From a virus (lineage: Duplodnaviria; Heunggongvirae; Uroviricota; Caudoviricetes), in the IMG/VR virus record IMGVR_UViG_2690315922_000017, positions 1-7,839 of that record: 7,839 nt of DNA, one strand, 5' to 3'. Position 1 is the stretch's first letter. Each line of letters opens with the position of its first letter. The position numbers and the translations under genes are program-made. The notes under the pieces are model-generated. The model saw only the letters and a list, made by a program, of their open reading frames with translations, did not search any database and was not told where the DNA came from. Shown here piece after piece: positions 4,992 through 7,839 of this stretch.

Positions 4992-5004
4992 TCAGGAGAA
5001 AATC

Positions 5005-5301
5005 ATGCCAGCACCTCTGTATGGTGCGGATGACCCGCGCCGCTGTTCCGGCAATTCCATATCGGAGGTGCTGGATAAATTCAGAAAAAACTACGACCGG
5101 ATAATGTCTCTACCGCAGGAAACGAAAGAGGAAAAGAAATTTCGCCACTGTATATGGCTTGCAGAGAAAGAAGAACGAGAGCGAATTTACCAGACATCAA
5201 TCCGACCATTCTGCAAAGCAACATATACCCACTTCCCTGAATATATCGACCCGCGCCTGCGTAATTACCGCTCACGCTATGGCGCTATCAGTAATGACTG
5301 A
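5005..5301 (+). CDS. Hypothetical protein (98 aa)
   Basis: ATG 5005 with AGGAG (4994-4998) 6 nt upstream, same strand and operon context. No family recognised. Confidence 0.55.
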   Translation: MPAPLYGADDPRRCSGNSISEVLDKFRKNYDRIMSLPQETKEEKKFRHCIWLAEKEERERIYQTSIRPFCKATYTHFPEYIDPRLRNYRSRYGAISND

Positions 5302-5311
5302 GGAATTAACA

Positions 5312-5602
5312 ATGAAAACAATGAAGCTAAACATCGACCTCGGAAAATACGTTATTACCGGAACCAAACACGATCTGATTCTTAGCGAAAGAGGAATTAT
5401 CAAAGAAGGCGAGAATGCAGGGAAAGAAACGCTCAGTCGTATCGGTTATTACAGCAAGTTTGAGCATCTGGTTAAAGAGTTATGCAACCGTGAAATCCTG
5501 TTATCTCAGGCGCAGACGCTACAAGATATTCAGCAGCATATCGAAACTTTAGGCATGTCACTTAGCATGGCTATTGACCAGTTCGTTGAGAGTAAATCAT
5601 GA
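5312..5602 (+). CDS. Hypothetical protein (96 aa)
   Basis: ATG 5312 ([17 protein letters not shown]...) with GAGG upstream, 10 nt after the previous stop. The ORF-track start at 5159 overlaps the preceding gene and is unlikely. Confidence 0.55.
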   Translation: MKTMKLNIDLGKYVITGTKHDLILSERGIIKEGENAGKETLSRIGYYSKFEHLVKELCNREILLSQAQTLQDIQQHIETLGMSLSMAIDQFVESKS

Positions 5603-5763
5603 GAGGACTTGCATACAATCCCGGCATTCTTCCGGCAGAAATGATTATTCGCCAACGCGTAAAGCCAATGCCATCGAGAGAGGAATTGCTTAAGCGAAAC
5701 TCGTTTCCTTCAGTGAATCAAAACAAATATCTGAATGCAATGTGGCGGAGTGGGAAGAAATGA
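5599..5763 (+). CDS. Small hypothetical protein (54 aa), below ORF-track size cutoff, translationally coupled on both sides
   Basis: ATG 5599 overlaps the upstream TGA (ATGA), and its own stop at 5761-5763 overlaps the next ATG at 5760. Product [54 protein letters not shown]. It fills an otherwise unexplained gap in a tightly packed operon. Confidence 0.35.
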   Translation: MRGLAYNPGILPAEMIIRQRVKPMPSREELLKRNSFPSVNQNKYLNAMWRSGKK

Positions 5764-6269
5764 AACAAATGTCACTAATTGAGATGGATGGTTTCCTGAA
5801 AGGTAAATGCATACCATGTAATTTAAAGGTTAACGAAACAAACGCTGAATATCTTGTCCGTAAGTTCGGTGAACTTGAATCAAAACTCAACGAGCAGCGT
5901 GAGTATTACGAAGGTGTTATCTCGGATGGAAGTAAGCGCATAGCAGAACTGGAAGCCCGAGAGGTGACTTTGCCAGCAGAGAAATTCTGTCAGGCGGATT
6001 ACCCAGGCATCCTGCTGTGGGCAGAACCCGTTGCTTATATTTTCAAACATCCGGCCGGAAAATTATTCTGGGCTTTGACGGATGAAAGCAATAAAGAACA
6101 ATCGGACGTTATTCCTGTTTATGCCGCCCCTCCAGTGCCAGTAGTACCGGAAGAAAAACCAATGCCTAATCCTCTTAGCATGTACGCGGTTGATGCTGTT
6201 GCCGCTATTGCAGAGGTGAGAGGATGGAACGCCTGCCGTGCAGCCATGCTTAAGGGGGATAAATCATGA
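5760..6269 (+). CDS. Hypothetical protein with predicted coiled-coil segment (169 aa)
   Basis: Start preferred at ATG 5760 (ATGA overlap with the upstream ORF); an alternative in-frame start is at 5742. Helical segment ...[34 protein letters not shown].... Its stop overlaps the next start (ATGA at 6266-6269). Confidence 0.55.
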   Translation: MKQMSLIEMDGFLKGKCIPCNLKVNETNAEYLVRKFGELESKLNEQREYYEGVISDGSKRIAELEAREVTLPAEKFCQADYPGILLWAEPVAYIFKHPAGKLFWALTDESNKEQSDVIPVYAAPPVPVVPEEKPMPNPLSMYAVDAVAAIAEVRGWNACRAAMLKGDKS

Positions 6270-6625
6270 TTAATCGAACCAAACTGGAGCACATCCTCGA
6301 GTATGCCAGGCAGCAGAGGCGCTTTGGCCAGCTTTGTAAAATTCTGCCAGGAGATATGGTTGAAATCGTGGAGATTGCCATGCGTAAGACTGGCAACTCT
6401 CCAGTAACTCCGGATAGTTGGATAAGCTGTAGTGAGCGAATGCCAAATGATGGTCAGCACGTAATTATTTTATGTGATGGTGCATTCGTTCTTTATGCGC
6501 AATATCGAGACGGAGAGTTTTTCGATATTGTCCGCAATGGTGATGAATTTTTCGAAACACAGAGTCGCAATGTAACCGACTGGATGCCTCTACCAGAACC
6601 GCCTCAGGAGGTTAACCGTGGCTAA
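6266..6625 (+). CDS. DUF551-like prophage protein
   Basis: C-terminal pattern W-x-SCSERMP...W-MPLPEPP is recalled as characteristic of DUF551 proteins of enterobacterial prophages. Family assignment is from memory. Confidence 0.55.
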   Translation: MINRTKLEHILEYARQQRRFGQLCKILPGDMVEIVEIAMRKTGNSPVTPDSWISCSERMPNDGQHVIILCDGAFVLYAQYRDGEFFDIVRNGDEFFETQSRNVTDWMPLPEPPQEVNRG

Positions 6626-6902
6626 CCTGCAACTTGCCGTCAAAGGTGAATACTTCGATGCCATGATTCGCGGGGAGAAAACGGAAGAGTATCGCCTGTG
6701 TAATGACTACTGGAATAAGCGAATTATGTTCCGCGAGTATGACCGACTGATTATCACAAAGGGATATCCGAAGCGCGACGATTCCAGCCGCAGAATTGAT
6801 GTTCCGTATGACGGATATGAAATCAAGACAATCACACATCCGCACTTCGGTGATAAACCGGTAAAGGTGTTCGCGATAAAGGTGAATATCGGCAATGAAT
6901 AA
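6618..6902 (+). CDS. ASCH/PUA-like (DUF3850-like) small protein
   Basis: GTG start at 6618 with AGGAGG (6605-6610) upstream, overlapping the preceding gene by 8 nt. The N-terminal KGEYFDAMIRGEKTEEYR resembles the ASCH-domain signature. Family assignment is tentative. Confidence 0.55.
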   Translation: MANLQLAVKGEYFDAMIRGEKTEEYRLCNDYWNKRIMFREYDRLIITKGYPKRDDSSRRIDVPYDGYEIKTITHPHFGDKPVKVFAIKVNIGNE

Positions 6903-6906
6903 CAAT

Positions 6907-6933
6907 CCTCGCACTCGCGGGGATTTCTTTTAT
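6907..6933 (+). terminator. Intrinsic terminator-like hairpin after the ASCH-like gene
   Basis: Stem CCTCGC(6907-6912)/GCGGGG(6917-6922) with one G-U pair, loop ACTC, then ATTTCTTTTAT. Confidence 0.45.
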
Positions 6934-6974
6934 CTGAACTCGCTACGGCGGATTTTGTTTTATGGAGATGATAA

Positions 6975-7142
6975 ATGCACTTCCGAGTCACAGGTGAATG
7001 GAATGGAGAACCATTCAACAGAGTTATCGAAGCAGAGAACATCAATGACTGCTATGACCACTGGATGATATGGGCGCAGATAGCACATGCAGACGTAACC
7101 AATATTCGAATTGAAGAACTGAAAGAACACCAAGCCGCCTGA
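6975..7142 (+). CDS. Small hypothetical protein (55 aa)
   Basis: ATG 6975 with GGAG (6964-6967) 7 nt upstream. Product MHFRVTGEWNGEPFNRVIEAENINDCYDHWMIWAQIAHADVTNIRIEELKEHQAA. Preferred over the overlapping minus-strand ORF 6960..7166, which has no RBS and is antisense to the operon. Confidence 0.4.
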   Translation: MHFRVTGEWNGEPFNRVIEAENINDCYDHWMIWAQIAHADVTNIRIEELKEHQAA

Positions 7143-7169
7143 TGGAGGTTTTTTTATTGGAGACAAGAA

Positions 7170-7514
7170 ATGTCAGATTTGTCTATGAAGGTTTTGAAAT
7201 GGCAATCGACTGGCGATGTCGGCATCAGTAGCGCAACTCTTGCCTCAATCGCATGTGGACTGAAAAAGAATATCTATGGTCATCACTTCGGCGCTCCACA
7301 TGACGCAGCAGACTTCCGGCGATGCGTTGCTCTTGTCGAGCAGATTCCAGAAATCAGAGCTTCATTCGACAAAGTTGCAAAGCGCGTTCCGGCATTCAAA
7401 GGCATCCTCAACGAATGGGATTCCCTCGTTGCTCTGTTGAAGTCTGAAATGAAGATACACGGAAACAAAGCACCAGAGACTTACAGAAGAATCAGCGAGC
7501 TACGCAAGGACTAA
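7170..7514 (+). CDS. Hypothetical protein (114 aa)
   Basis: ATG 7170 with GGAG (7159-7162) upstream. No family recognised. Confidence 0.55.
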   Translation: MSDLSMKVLKWQSTGDVGISSATLASIACGLKKNIYGHHFGAPHDAADFRRCVALVEQIPEIRASFDKVAKRVPAFKGILNEWDSLVALLKSEMKIHGNKAPETYRRISELRKD

Positions 7515-7573
7515 CCACAGCCTCACACTCGATGAGGCCCGTTCATTTCTCAAGATATCCAGACCTACCATTG

Positions 7574-7595
7574 CCGCATCAATGCGGTTTTTTAT
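7574..7595 (+). terminator. Rho-independent terminator upstream of xis
   Basis: Stem CCGCAT(7574-7579)/ATGCGG(7582-7587) with a very tight loop, then TTTTTTATT (7588-7596). Confidence 0.5.
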
Positions 7596-7638
7596 TGCCT
7601 GATTTGCAGGTTCGATTCCCTATTCGGAGATAGCACTC

Positions 7639-7839
7639 ATGCAACACGAACTACAACCTGATTCACTGGTTGATTTGAAATTCATCATGGCCGATACTGG
7701 CTTCGGTAAAACCTTCATCTATGACCGGATTAAGTCCGGCGACCTGCCAAAAGCCAAAGTTATCCACGGGCGAGCAAGATGGTTATATCGTGACCATTGT
7801 GAATTCAAAAATAAGCTCTTAAGCCGCGCCAATGGGTAA
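7639..7839 (+). CDS. xis: Excisionase-like / AlpA-family winged-helix DNA-binding protein
   Basis: ATG 7639 with GGAG (7626-7629) upstream. The 66-aa product has the pattern ...IMADTGFGKTFIYDRIKSGDLPKAKVIHGRARWLYRDHCEFKNKL, typical of phage excisionase/AlpA HTH proteins. It is at the distal end of the pL operon where xis precedes int in lambdoid phages; the window ends at its stop codon. Confidence 0.6.
   Translation: MQHELQPDSLVDLKFIMADTGFGKTFIYDRIKSGDLPKAKVIHGRARWLYRDHCEFKNKLLSRANG

Noticed and set aside
6612-7166. Minus-strand ORFs 6612..6914, 6707..7045 and 6960..7166
   Set aside because: They are antisense to a co-directional, RBS-supported plus-strand operon, with no RBS and implausible Cys/Phe-rich translations.
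7606-7621. GGTTCGATTCC motif (tRNA T-loop-like) just upstream of the xis-like gene, which could mark a tRNA-derived att core
   Set aside because: The flanks do not form a T-stem or an acceptor stem ending in CCA. In lambdoid phages attP lies beyond int, not upstream of xis. Most likely a chance 11-mer.
1-7839. Search for CRISPR arrays, IS elements or transposases, tRNA/rRNA genes and an integrase
   Set aside because: No regularly spaced repeat array, terminal inverted repeats with a transposase, or tRNA cloverleaf was seen, and no integrase-sized ORF is present.

Overview
This window is the immunity region and early-left (pL) operon of a lambdoid prophage from an enterobacterial host, read by eye with no database search. 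The pR operon runs leftward on the minus strand (cro 398..622, nutR, cII 1..300, with an OOP-like antisense terminator at 29..57). The repressor cI (734..1441) and the pL operon run rightward on the plus strand. The cI/cro switch has three 14-bp ATAAC-N4-GTTAT operators on each side, and nutL and nutR carry identical boxB hairpins. Downstream of pL lie a short N-like antiterminator, an oppositely oriented sieB-like exclusion gene, cIII, kil, a Rad52-family annealase, an SSB with an unusual C-terminal extension, and a tightly overlapping chain of small accessory genes ending at an excisionase-like gene (7639..7839). No integrase, att site, tRNA, CRISPR array or IS element is visible; the integrase presumably lies beyond the right edge. 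The best candidate for an undescribed function is a strongly AT-rich gene in the rex position just downstream of cI (1482..1778), encoding a 98-aa single-pass membrane protein with a helical charged tail. Secondary candidates are the unassigned accessory genes between ssb and xis, including a two-gene cassette bracketed by terminators (6975..7514). All homology calls rest on recalled sequences and motifs and need confirmation by search.
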